NCBI GenBank assembly: GCA_033763455.1
Contig: JANRKO010000023.1
Span: 288,001-352,000 of the forward strand
Source of the DNA: Polyangiaceae bacterium
GTDB taxonomy: Bacteria; Myxococcota_A; Polyangia; Polyangiales; Polyangiaceae
Length of the DNA: 64,000 nt
Reading direction: 5' to 3'
Shown: one piece after another, positions 18,634 through 27,496 of the stretch
How the letters are laid out: every line of letters starts with the position of its first letter
Position numbering within the stretch: position 1 is the stretch's first letter
Made by a program: the position numbers and the translations under genes
Notes under the pieces: model-generated
Told to the model about the DNA's origin: nothing
Database searches by the model: none
Seen by the model: only the letters and a program-made list of their open reading frames with translations

Positions 18634-19257
18634 ATGGGGCTATACGCAGACAGGGTTCTTCCAAGGATGGTGGATTGGGTGTGTGGCGCTCGCTTCTTCA
18701 CCCGGCAGCGTCAAAAGGTTGTCACCCAAGCGCGAGGTGTTGTGCTCGAGGTGGGGATTGGCGGAGGGCGCAACTTGGCACTCTATGATCCCAAGCGGGT
18801 GAGTCGCGTGGTGGCGTTTGACCCGAATGCTGAGCATTTGCACCAAGCCAGGCGGCGGGCCGAAACAGTGGCATTCCCAGTGGAGCTCCGCCAAATGCGG
18901 GGAGAAACCGCAGAAATAGAGCCCGCCAGCATCGATACGGTAGTGGTTACTTACACGCTCTGCACCATTGCGGACGCGGGGGCGGCGCTTCGAGCCGTGC
19001 TTGACGCGTTGAAGCCAGATGGCCAGCTCCTGTTCTGTGAACACAGTATTTCGCCGGATGAGTCCGTTCAAAAGTGGCAAAGAAGAATCGAGCCGTTCTG
19101 GAAGCCGTTAGCCGGTGGGTGTCACCTCACGCGGAGCGCCGCCACCCTGATTCAGAACAACGGCTTTGAGATCGATACGCTGGAGCAAGCCTATGCGCCG
19201 GGGGGCCCGCGCTGGGTTGGGTTCCACCATATTGGAACGGCACACAAGACGAGCTAA
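18634..19257 (+). CDS. Class I SAM-dependent methyltransferase (METTL7/PmtA-like)
   Basis: VLEVGIGGG, DTVVVTYTLCTI, LKPDGQLLFCEH, GGCHLTR. Confidence 0.9.
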   Translation: MGLYADRVLPRMVDWVCGARFFTRQRQKVVTQARGVVLEVGIGGGRNLALYDPKRVSRVVAFDPNAEHLHQARRRAETVAFPVELRQMRGETAEIEPASIDTVVVTYTLCTIADAGAALRAVLDALKPDGQLLFCEHSISPDESVQKWQRRIEPFWKPLAGGCHLTRSAATLIQNNGFEIDTLEQAYAPGGPRWVGFHHIGTAHKTS

Positions 19258-19405
19258 GTCCTTGAAAGCCAAAGGGCCTGCCTTGCCTGCTCGAGGCGCA
19301 ATTGAAAACAAGCACCCACCTGCGGTCCGCGCAGTGTCCCAGCGCCGCCATTCACCCAGCCAACCGCGGCATGATTTACTGAGGCCAACTCCTTCGCGCT
19401 CGAAT

Positions 19406-19819
19406 TCACACAGAAAACCAACTGTTGACTCTCAATCCGTCAAACGACTGAAAATCTGCCAAGTTGCGAGTGATGAGAACAAGCCCACACACCACGGCCG
19501 TAGCCGCTATTTGGCCGTCAACAAATGAGGGCACCCGACCGCGTTTCGCGAGCCGCGCACGCTCAAGGGCATGCCAGCGTGCGGCCGAAGCATCGTAAGG
19601 GAGACTCGGGATCTTCCCAACAACATCCACCAGGTAGCTCGTAAGGATGGCCTTTTTTCGAGACACGGGGAGGCGTGCAACCCCGAACTCAAGCTCATGC
19701 AGCACCAGTGCACTGGTAGCACATTCGTCGAGCGACCGCTTCAACATCTCCACGACAGACGCATCCGGCCTGGGACGCATTGGCTCCGAAAGGACATTCG
19801 CATCTAGTAGGTAGCGCAA
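19406..19819 (-). CDS. vapC: PIN-domain toxin (VapC/FitB family)
   Basis: YLLDANVLSE..RPRP...DGQIAATA...LITRN..DF; TTG start inferred just after the antitoxin stop. Confidence 0.88.
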   Translation of the reverse strand: MRYLLDANVLSEPMRPRPDASVVEMLKRSLDECATSALVLHELEFGVARLPVSRKKAILTSYLVDVVGKIPSLPYDASAARWHALERARLAKRGRVPSFVDGQIAATAVVCGLVLITRNLADFQSFDGLRVNSWFSV

Positions 19820-19824
19820 GGTTG

Positions 19825-20112
19825 CTACCAACGGAACTTCCTCCCAGCTGACTGGTCGCGCAGAGCCCTCCAAGGATTCCGGCCTCGCAGCTCACGTGGA
19901 TCGAGGCCGGCCATGAACGATTGAAACGCGGCCGACGGCGACTCGGAAAGGGCGCGGCCCTCCCTGTACTGTCGCAAACCAACGATCATCGCCACCGGCT
20001 GCCCGTCACGAGTAACCTCCACCGCATCGCCGGCTTCGGCACGAGTAAGCACCTTCGCAAAAGCGGCACGCGCCTGCGTCATGGTCATGGTGGTAGGGGA
20101 GCGTTTGGACAT
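19825..20112 (-). CDS. Phd/YefM-family antitoxin
   Basis: MTQARAAFAKVL..AEAG..VEVTRDGQPVAMIV. Confidence 0.85.
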   Translation of the reverse strand: MSKRSPTTMTMTQARAAFAKVLTRAEAGDAVEVTRDGQPVAMIVGLRQYREGRALSESPSAAFQSFMAGLDPRELRGRNPWRALRDQSAGRKFRW

Positions 20113-20131
20113 CTGTACATCGACTGTACAG
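20113..20131. promoter_or_regulatory. Two TGTACA palindromes (20114-20119, 20125-20130), probable antitoxin operator
   Basis: CTGTACATCGACTGTACAG lies directly upstream of the antitoxin ATG; TGTACA cores are known YefM-type operator half-sites. Confidence 0.65.
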
Positions 20132-20175
20132 CCTGGATTGGGCATGCGCAATTAAGGGTCCCCGCGCGAGCTTCG

Positions 20176-20248
20176 GGTGCGTTTCGTTGATGTTTGGAGA
20201 GAGCACCCTCCGATTCGGCAAGAGATACTTGCCATGCTAAGTACCTCT
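20176..20248. repeat. Dispersed intergenic element, copy 2 (palindromic core AGAGATACTTGCCATGCTAAGTACCTCT)
   Basis: 24/27 identity of 20218-20244 with 24197-24223; 21/24 identity with the core of the 11231 palindrome. Confidence 0.8.
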
Positions 20249-20366
20249 ACCGCGGCTCAAAGTGCCTCTGCCCCCCCTTGAGATCCCGCCTCTGCTCACG
20301 CGCACGGGAGGACCCATCAAGAGAGCGCCTTGCCTTGAACCCCCACGCCCTGCCATGCCTTGGTCC

Positions 20367-21110
20367 ATGACGCCGCCGAAGAAAGCCATTGTCCTTCAAC
20401 ATGCCCCGCATGAGGGTCCGGGTCGAGTTCAGGGAGCGCTCGAACGCGCGGGCTTTAGCGTCGAAGTGAGGCAACTTTTTGCTAACTCCCGAGTGCCGTA
20501 TCCGGAAGACTTCGATTTGCTCGTGGTAATGGGAGGGCCGATGGGTGTGGGAGATGTGGAAGATCCCAGCTATCCGTTTTTGAAGCCTGAAGTGCTTCTG
20601 CTGAAGGAGTGTCTATCGCAGCAAAAGCCCGTGCTGGGCATTTGCCTCGGCGCGCAGCTCTTAGCGCATGCTGCGGGGGCACGTGTGTTTGCGATGTCTA
20701 CAGAAGAGGAGCGGCGGCCGATCCGCGAGGTGGGTTGGGGAGCGGTACACCTTGTGGCAAACGGGGCGAGCGCAACAATCTTCGAAGGCTCTCACGCGGC
20801 AGAAGTGGTCTTGCATTGGCACGGAGATACCTTCGAGCTCCCTGAAGGTGCAGAGCTTCTGGCCTCCAGCCTCACGTGTGAACACCAGATGTTTCGCCTC
20901 GGGAACACCTTCGGCTTGCAGTTTCACATTGAGGTGGATTCAGAAGACGTGGAACGGTGGCTCGACGAAGACGCTGAGTACGTAAAAGGTGCGCTGGGCC
21001 CGTCGGGCGCGGCGCGCATTCGCCGCGACACGGAACGTTTCATGCCCGCATTCCGAACGTTCGGCGATCGTTGGCTCGACGCTATCATTGGGGAGCTCTC
21101 GGCGTGTTAG
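20367..21110 (+). CDS. Type 1 glutamine amidotransferase (GATase1, GMP-synthase-like standalone)
   Basis: LQHAPHEGPG, VMGGPMG, LGICLGAQLLA, HWHGDTF, LQFHIE; start uncertain. Confidence 0.9.
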   Translation: MTPPKKAIVLQHAPHEGPGRVQGALERAGFSVEVRQLFANSRVPYPEDFDLLVVMGGPMGVGDVEDPSYPFLKPEVLLLKECLSQQKPVLGICLGAQLLAHAAGARVFAMSTEEERRPIREVGWGAVHLVANGASATIFEGSHAAEVVLHWHGDTFELPEGAELLASSLTCEHQMFRLGNTFGLQFHIEVDSEDVERWLDEDAEYVKGALGPSGAARIRRDTERFMPAFRTFGDRWLDAIIGELSAC

Positions 21111-21248
21111 TGAGGCAGGGTTGCCCGTTGCAGGTGCCCGCCCATCCTTCGTGCCCACGCTGCACCTGGCCGTAGGTTGCGGCCCCAAAATCCATTGCTG
21201 GCCATAACGGTGCCGGCGAAGGATCTTTCAGGGCGCCCCCTATTTCTA

Positions 21249-21294
21249 CTATTTTCGAAATAGCCCTTGCGCTCTTATTCGAGAATATTAGAAT
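21249..21294. promoter_or_regulatory. Probable ArsR operator region (CTATTT-TCG-AAATAG and ATTC-N10-GAAT)
   Basis: AT-rich inverted repeats directly upstream of arsR. Confidence 0.5.
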
Positions 21295-21301
21295 TAGGAA
21301 A

Positions 21302-21613
21302 GTGAGCTCGATACTGGAAAAACACGCGGAACAGCTGAGTGCCTTAGGGCACCCAGTGCGGCTACAAATCCTACGGCTTGTGGTCCAGGCCGGAAAGCAG
21401 GGGGCTGCGGCGGGAGAGATCCAAAGCCAGCTTGATTTGCCGGCGTCCACGCTGAGCCACCACTTAAAACGCCTGGTAGAGGCGGGCCTCCTCGCTACGC
21501 GCGGAGAAGGCACTTTCCACTACTACGCGGCTGTCTACAGCGAGCTGCGCGCCCTCACAGATTACCTCTGGCAAGATTGTTGCCAGCGTGGGGGCAAAGG
21601 AGTTTGTTGTTAG
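21302..21613 (+). CDS. arsR: ArsR/SmtB-family repressor with C-terminal Cys cluster
   Basis: ALGHPVRLQILRL, STLSHHLKRL..AGL, C-terminal DCC...CC; first gene of the ars operon. Confidence 0.9.
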   Translation: MSSILEKHAEQLSALGHPVRLQILRLVVQAGKQGAAAGEIQSQLDLPASTLSHHLKRLVEAGLLATRGEGTFHYYAAVYSELRALTDYLWQDCCQRGGKGVCC

Positions 21614-21655
21614 TTTGAGAGAAGAACGGCTCAATTTCCAACAGGAGAAACCAAA

Positions 21656-22117
21656 ATGAACATGTTAAAACCTCACATTTCCCTAAATATCTCGAACATT
21701 GATGCTTCTGTGGCCTTTTACGAAAAAGCGTTCGGCGTTCCGGCCACCAAGCGCAGGCCTGGCTATGCCAAGTTCGACTTAGCGGCGCCATCACTCAACC
21801 TCACGATGCAGGAAGCCCCGCGTACGGGGGTTAACGCTAGCCATTTTGGCATTCAAGTGGAAAGCAGCGAAGATGTGGCCGCTGCCTGGACGCGCTTTAA
21901 GGAGGCTGGGCTTCGCACGTTGACCGAGGAAAACACCGAGTGCTGCTACGCACTTCAGGATAAAGTTTGGGTGGAAGATCCGGACGGGAATGCCTGGGAG
22001 GTGTTCGTGGTCAAAGCAGATGTTGACTCGTTGGCGAGCAAGCCAGTTGCGAGCGGTTGCTGCACGCCGAAGCTCCAGCAAATTGGGACCAAGAAAGCCG
22101 ATGCCTGCTGCGGTTGA
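21656..22117 (+). CDS. arsI: ArsI/CadI-family VOC metalloenzyme (putative C-As lyase)
   Basis: HISLN, RPGYAKF, HFGIQV, CCYALQDKVWVEDPDGNAWE. Confidence 0.85.
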   Translation: MNMLKPHISLNISNIDASVAFYEKAFGVPATKRRPGYAKFDLAAPSLNLTMQEAPRTGVNASHFGIQVESSEDVAAAWTRFKEAGLRTLTEENTECCYALQDKVWVEDPDGNAWEVFVVKADVDSLASKPVASGCCTPKLQQIGTKKADACCG

Positions 22118-22817
22118 TCTCGGAAGAAGAGCGGCGGCAGAGTTCATCTCAAGTGCCCTCTTGCTCGCCACGGTTGTGGGCTCCGGCATCATGGGCGAAC
22201 GGCTCTCGGGGGGGAATGTTGCTGTGGCATTGTTGGCTAACACTTTAGCCACAGGCGCCGTGCTCGTGGCCCTCATCTTGTGTTTCGGACCAATCTCGGG
22301 AGCCCATATGAACCCCGCGGTATCCTTAGTGGAAGCAAGCCGCGGCCAGCTTCCCGTGCGAGCGCTGCCTGTGTACCTAGGCGCACAGGTGCTCGGAGCC
22401 TTCGCGGGTGTGGCGGCAGCACACGGCATGTTTGAGGAACCACTTTTCACGGCTTCCACGCACGCTCGCGCTGGCAGTGCGCAGCTGTTCAGCGAATTTG
22501 TGGCTACTTTCGGCTTACTCTCGGTCATCTTTGGCTGCGTCAGGCATCGCCCAAGCTGGGTACCCCTCGCTGTTGGCTCTTACATTACAGCCGCTTATTG
22601 GTTCACCGCATCGACCTCCTTCGCAAACCCGGCGGTCACGCTGGCACGCTCCTTCACCAATACTTTCTCAGGAATTCGCCCAAGCGATGCGCCCGGTTTC
22701 ATCTTAGCCCAGCTTGTGGGTGCGGCCACAGCAAGTGCTTTTTTTGGCTGGCTCTTGCCAAAAGAGGCTCATTCAACACCCGCGACGGCTCCAAAACAGG
22801 ACGGAACACACCCTTGA
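22101..22817 (+). CDS. MIP/aquaporin-family channel (arsenite channel in ars operon)
   Basis: SGAHMNPAV and SFANPAVT NPA motifs; GSGIMGERLS. Confidence 0.9.
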   Translation: MPAAVDLGRRAAAEFISSALLLATVVGSGIMGERLSGGNVAVALLANTLATGAVLVALILCFGPISGAHMNPAVSLVEASRGQLPVRALPVYLGAQVLGAFAGVAAAHGMFEEPLFTASTHARAGSAQLFSEFVATFGLLSVIFGCVRHRPSWVPLAVGSYITAAYWFTASTSFANPAVTLARSFTNTFSGIRPSDAPGFILAQLVGAATASAFFGWLLPKEAHSTPATAPKQDGTHP

Positions 22818-23218
22818 AAACAATCCTTTTTGCATGCATCCACAACGCCGGTCGCTCCCAGATGGCAGCGGCTTGGTTCAATCATCTGGCGCCCAAGGAG
22901 CAAGGCTCCGCCATCTCCGCTGGTACTCGCCCGGGGCCGCGCGTGCATCCAGAGGTGCATGCCGCCATGTTGGAGGTTGGGATCGACCTTTCGGGCGTAA
23001 CACCTGAGCTTCTCACCCCGGAGTTGGCGGCTAAGGCTAGCCTATTGGTTACTATGGGTTGCGGAGAGGAGTGTCCTGTGGTGCCCGGTCTTGGACGCGA
23101 GGACTGGCCATTCAATGATCCCAAAGGTCGGCCAATCGAGGAGGTACGGTTGATCCGCGATGGGATCCGAGCTCGCGTGGAGGAATTGTTAGCGCGACTC
23201 CATACGATCCCCGGCTAG
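22814..23218 (+). CDS. arsC: Arsenate reductase, LMW-PTP type
   Basis: CIHNAGRSQMA, MGCGEECP, DWPFNDPKG; TTG start overlapping the aquaporin stop. Confidence 0.9.
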   Translation: MKTILFACIHNAGRSQMAAAWFNHLAPKEQGSAISAGTRPGPRVHPEVHAAMLEVGIDLSGVTPELLTPELAAKASLLVTMGCGEECPVVPGLGREDWPFNDPKGRPIEEVRLIRDGIRARVEELLARLHTIPG

Positions 23219-23322
23219 GGGTCCGATAACGCAAGTGCTAAAAGGCTGATTGGCGGAGCGCACTTCCCTCAACAGCCGGGACGAACTCAAGCTGAACTGC
23301 TGTGGCCTCGCGTGCGCTGCGC

Positions 23323-24042
23323 TCAGTTGGCGTACTTCACACCGCAACCGTACGGCGCGGTGTCCGCAAGCTTGGGATCTCTGCCCGATCTTGCTGCCAA
23401 AAGCGCTTCTTTTACGTAATTCACGAGCTTCCCGCCTTCGGCGGATTTGCCCTCGCCGTCTGAGGAATTATCCACTGCCCCGCGGTAAACCAACTCACCA
23501 CTTGGAGCCACCACGAACACCTGCGGGGTGCGCCGCGCTCCATAGAGGCGCCCTACCTTTCCATTTTCGTCCAGCAAGATGGGATGTGAAAGCGTGAGTT
23601 GGGCGCGCGCGACACGGTTGAGTTCTGTGCCATGGCCTTGCCTGCCCGGGCCGCTTGAATTGATCGCCACCCAAACGACGCCCTCTTTCACAGCCAGAAG
23701 CGCTGTGTCTGACAAGGAACCTTGCGCGTGGGAGCGAGTAACGAACGGACACTCGGGATTGAACCATTCAAGCACCACCGTTTTGCCGAGGTGTTGAGAA
23801 AGGGTAAAAGATTGCCCGTCGAGATCGCTCAGCGTGAAGTCAGGGGCTCGAACCCCGAGCTTTGCCTGCGGGGGAGGCGGCCCAGGCAGCGGAGCTCGCG
23901 TCACGCGTACAGGCTTCGGCTTAGCGTCATGCGGAGCCGCAATATCTGCCGACGGAGCGGACCCAACCTGCGCATCGCAAGCCGCGACCAGAAGCGCGCA
24001 AAGAGCGGCAGCAATCAGCATTGGCCTCACCTGCGAACTCAC
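23323..24042 (-). CDS. Redoxin/thioredoxin-family lipoprotein (AhpC-TSA-like)
   Basis: APDFTL.D.DG, VLEWFNPECPFV, YGARRTPQVFV, PYGCGVKY; lipobox VAAC. Confidence 0.85.
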   Translation of the reverse strand: MSSQVRPMLIAAALCALLVAACDAQVGSAPSADIAAPHDAKPKPVRVTRAPLPGPPPPQAKLGVRAPDFTLSDLDGQSFTLSQHLGKTVVLEWFNPECPFVTRSHAQGSLSDTALLAVKEGVVWVAINSSGPGRQGHGTELNRVARAQLTLSHPILLDENGKVGRLYGARRTPQVFVVAPSGELVYRGAVDNSSDGEGKSAEGGKLVNYVKEALLAARSGRDPKLADTAPYGCGVKYAN

Positions 24043-24097
24043 TGGGCGGCCACCCTAGCCCACCTAAAAGCTCTACGCCAACTCGACGCGCCGCTGC

Positions 24098-24144
24098 GTT
24101 CCGATGCGTTCCGGTGTTCCGATGCGTTCCGGTGTTCCGATGCG
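24098..24144. repeat. Short tandem repeat, 18-bp unit GTTCCGATGCGTTCCGGT x2.6
   Basis: Units at 24098, 24116 and partial at 24134; intergenic. Confidence 0.85.
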
Positions 24145-24156
24145 CCCGATAGGCCC

Positions 24157-24227
24157 GGTGCGTTCCGATGCGTGTTCGAGAGGTACCTTCGCCCCCGCAA
24201 GAGATACTTGTCATGCGAAGCACTTTT
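24157..24227. repeat. Dispersed intergenic element, copy 3
   Basis: GGTGCGTTCCGATG...GCAAGAGATACTTGTCATGCGAAGCAC aligns in direct orientation with 20176-20248. Confidence 0.8.
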
Positions 24228-24333
24228 CTCGCCACGTGGGAGGGGCTTAGTGCCTGACACCATCCCACCACTCCAAAGAACTGATCTTGGTGGATGCTTT
24301 CGACACCTGTTCGGACCGCCCCGACGCGAGCCT

Positions 24334-25305
24334 TCAGGCCCCAGTTTCGAGATAAGCGAGTTCACTCTCGGAAAGTGAAAGATTCACCGCTCGAACGCTG
24401 GAAGCCACCTCCGCTGAGCTGACGGCTCCGCACACGGCAAAACAGCTGAACTTCTGATTGACTACGTACGCCAGGGCGAGCTCTGGCACCGCACATTCCT
24501 TCTTCTTCGCTAGATCCACTAGGCGCTCGAGGCGCTGGAAGTTCGTTTCCGAAGCGTAGGTGCGCGCGCAGTGCTCGGGGAACTCCGACTTGATGGCTTC
24601 GAAATTGTCACGCCGAATGCGCCCGGAGAGAAACCCGCTCGCAAGGCTCGACCACGCGAACACCGCAACACCGCTGACCTCGTGCCACCGCCGGTCCTCA
24701 GCACTTTTCGACCCAGCCAGCGACGTGCACCCGCCCCAGGGCGGCGCGATTTGCTCCGCCAAACTGAAGTGCGGGCTGCTCGCAACCATCGGAGCGAGGC
24801 CGTGCCGTTCAGCATAGGCTCTCGCCTCCTGGATGCGGGGTACGGACCAATTCGAGCCCCCGTACGCGCGGAGCTTGCCCGCCCTCTTTAGGCGATCCGC
24901 CTGTTCCACGAGGGGGCCTACAGGTTGGCTGGGATCATCACGGTGGAACAGCCAGAGATCCACGTAGCTCGTTTTCAGGCGCACTAGGGATTCTTCGAGA
25001 TCGCTCTGCATGGCTTCTGGTGTTACGCGTGCGCTCGGCGAGGTGGGATGGCAGCCCTTGGTTATCACCACAGATTTCTCGCGATTGCCACGCGCCTGCA
25101 TCCAGGATCCCAACACCCGCTCACACTGCCCACCACCGTAGACGTACGCATTGTCGAAGGCATTCACCCCGAGCTCCGCGGCGGCATCTAGCAAGGCCAT
25201 GCCACCCTCCAAGTTGGCCTCACTCAACATCATGCAGCCCTGCACGAGGCGAGAGACGGGCAGAGAAATGCCGGGAATACTGGTAGTTGGCATGCGTGCT
25301 TTCAT
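24334..25305 (-). CDS. Aldo/keto reductase
   Basis: FDNAYVYG, VITKG, SLVRLKTSYVDL.LFHRDD, GGSNWS. Confidence 0.92.
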   Translation of the reverse strand: MKARMPTTSIPGISLPVSRLVQGCMMLSEANLEGGMALLDAAAELGVNAFDNAYVYGGGQCERVLGSWMQARGNREKSVVITKGCHPTSPSARVTPEAMQSDLEESLVRLKTSYVDLWLFHRDDPSQPVGPLVEQADRLKRAGKLRAYGGSNWSVPRIQEARAYAERHGLAPMVASSPHFSLAEQIAPPWGGCTSLAGSKSAEDRRWHEVSGVAVFAWSSLASGFLSGRIRRDNFEAIKSEFPEHCARTYASETNFQRLERLVDLAKKKECAVPELALAYVVNQKFSCFAVCGAVSSAEVASSVRAVNLSLSESELAYLETGA

Positions 25306-25307
25306 TG

Positions 25308-26303
25308 TCAATTCTCCTCAAACGGATAACGCACCCCGAGCTCTAGGCGTGCGGCGTCCATGATCTTTGCAATCGCAAGCGATTGATCCCAGGGCACAAG
25401 CGGGCTTGCTAGGAGGCCGGCCCGCACACAACGCTGCACTTCGTCCGCCTCGTATTCATAGCCATTGCCGCGGAATGGCAGCGTCAAGGTCTCTTCCTTG
25501 CCGCCGGCCGAGAGCGTTACCTGGGTGGACTTCCAAAAGGGCTCACCGATCGATACGCGCCCTTCGGTTCCGTAAATGGTGGCGACGTGTCGGGTGTTGG
25601 TGCGCACTGCAGAATTCAGGACTCCGAGCTCGCCGCCAGAATATCGCAGCAAAATGGCGGCCTGCTCATCGACGCCCGTTTCCCCCACATGCCCCAAGGC
25701 CTTCACGGCCGTGGGCTCCTTTTCGAACACCCACTGGCAAAGCGCTATCGTGTAAACGCCCACGTCTAAAATGCTGCCGCCCGCAAGCTCCGGTGCGAGC
25801 AGCCGACTTTCGGGGTGCCACCCCATGCGAAATCCGAATGAAGCCTCCACGAGGCGGGGCTCACCTATCTTGCCCTCCTTGACCCAGCTCAAAGCCTGAG
25901 CCACTGCTGGCACAAACCGCGTCCACAGTGCCTCCATCAAGAACGTGCCCTGCTGCTTCGCTGCTGAGATGGCCCTGGAAGTACCCGCGAAGTTCGGCGT
26001 CATCGGCTTCTCACACAACACCGCTTTCTTGGCCGCGCATGCCTTCTCCACCAGCGACAGGTGAAACGGGTGCGGGGTGGCGATGTAAACCGCGTCGATC
26101 TCAGAAGAGGCTAACAGCTCCTCGTGACTTGCGAACGCGCGTGGCACATTGAACTCCGCCGCGAAAGCTTGCACGTTCGACTGCGATCGCCCGGCAACTC
26201 CGAAAAGCTGCGCCTGGGGACTGTGCAAAAGGCCGCGCGCGAACTGCTTGGCGATGGACCCGGGGCCGAGGATCCCCCAGCGAAAAGATTCATTGTATGG
26301 CAT
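25308..26303 (-). CDS. Gfo/Idh/MocA-family oxidoreductase
   Basis: WGILGPGSIA, YIATPHPFH, VLCEKP, GGSILDVGVY. Confidence 0.93.
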   Translation of the reverse strand: MPYNESFRWGILGPGSIAKQFARGLLHSPQAQLFGVAGRSQSNVQAFAAEFNVPRAFASHEELLASSEIDAVYIATPHPFHLSLVEKACAAKKAVLCEKPMTPNFAGTSRAISAAKQQGTFLMEALWTRFVPAVAQALSWVKEGKIGEPRLVEASFGFRMGWHPESRLLAPELAGGSILDVGVYTIALCQWVFEKEPTAVKALGHVGETGVDEQAAILLRYSGGELGVLNSAVRTNTRHVATIYGTEGRVSIGEPFWKSTQVTLSAGGKEETLTLPFRGNGYEYEADEVQRCVRAGLLASPLVPWDQSLAIAKIMDAARLELGVRYPFEEN

Positions 26304-26410
26304 TATGCTGCTAGCCTATCTTAGATTAGCTCCGCGGGCTTTCCGAAAACGCCTGCCCCGTTGACGCGCCGCTTGCCGCTCAAGGTTCCAAAGTGCAAAG
26401 CTTAGGAGGG

Positions 26411-27496
26411 ATGCCCCCCGCTCACCCTTCCAACGATGCCGAAGCCGAAGCACAAGGCGCGTTGAGCCGATGGGAAAAAGCTGGAGCGAGGGTTGAGCGG
26501 CTTTCAGGTGGGCTCATCAACGCCACGTACGCCGTTGAACACAGCGCCGATCAATTCATCCTGCAGCGAGTGAATCCGATCTTTTCCGAGCTGATTCACA
26601 CCAACATTCACGCGGTCACGGAACACCTTGCGAATAAAGGGCTCACCACACCCAAGCTTGTGCCCAACAGCGAAGGGGAGTGGTTTTCGCGCGTTGAAGG
26701 GCATGTATGGCGCCTCATGACGCGCGTTTCAGGAGTGAGCCTGGAGCGCCCATCTACGGCCACGGTGGCGGAAGCGGGGCGTATGTTGGGCGTCTTTCAC
26801 CAAGCGCTGCGCGACTTAACGCATGATTTTACCGGGATGCGATCGGGAGTGCACGATACCGAGCTGCACTTAAAGCGGCTCTTGGCAGCGCTCCAGTGCT
26901 TTCCCAGCCATCGCCTCCTTGGAAAAGTGGAGCCCCTGGCGGAGAGCATTTTTCGCTCCGCCGCGGAACTGCCAGAACTCGAGGCCGGGGGAGTGCGCGT
27001 GGTCCACGGGGATCCGAAGTTCAATAATTTGCTCTTCGAGCCCGGGCCTACGCCAAGAGCCCTGTGTTGGGTTGACCTGGATACGGTTGGGCCAGCGTCG
27101 CTTGCCACCGAACTAGGCGATGCTTGGCGCTCCTGGTGCAATGTGCGTGGCGAAGATGAAGCCATGGCAGCCTTTGACCTCACCCTCTTTGAAGCGAGCG
27201 CCAAAGCCTACGGCACCGTGATGGCGGATCTCGACCCGCCGGAGCGTGAAGGCCTGCTTTACGGTATCGAGTGGATAACACTAGAGCTTTGCGCTCGGTT
27301 TCTCACCGATTCCCTCGAAGAGCGCTACTTCGGCTGGGACGCGGCACGGTTTCCGGCGGCCGGGGAACACCAACTGCTGCGGGCAGAAGGCCAATGGTCG
27401 TTGCATCAACAGGTTCTCTACACTCGCAAAGCACGTGCTCAAATCTTGGACAGAGCACTTACCCGGCCGGGGGCGGACAAACCCGAACAGAGATGA
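26411..27496 (+). CDS. APH/choline-kinase-like phosphotransferase (N-acetylhexosamine 1-kinase-like)
   Basis: GGLINAT, ILQRVN, VHGDPKFNNLLF, VDLDTV, RFLTDSL. Confidence 0.85.
   Translation: MPPAHPSNDAEAEAQGALSRWEKAGARVERLSGGLINATYAVEHSADQFILQRVNPIFSELIHTNIHAVTEHLANKGLTTPKLVPNSEGEWFSRVEGHVWRLMTRVSGVSLERPSTATVAEAGRMLGVFHQALRDLTHDFTGMRSGVHDTELHLKRLLAALQCFPSHRLLGKVEPLAESIFRSAAELPELEAGGVRVVHGDPKFNNLLFEPGPTPRALCWVDLDTVGPASLATELGDAWRSWCNVRGEDEAMAAFDLTLFEASAKAYGTVMADLDPPEREGLLYGIEWITLELCARFLTDSLEERYFGWDAARFPAAGEHQLLRAEGQWSLHQQVLYTRKARAQILDRALTRPGADKPEQR

Noticed and set aside
24098..24227. Possible CRISPR array
   Set aside because: Repeats are contiguous with no unique spacers; no cas genes
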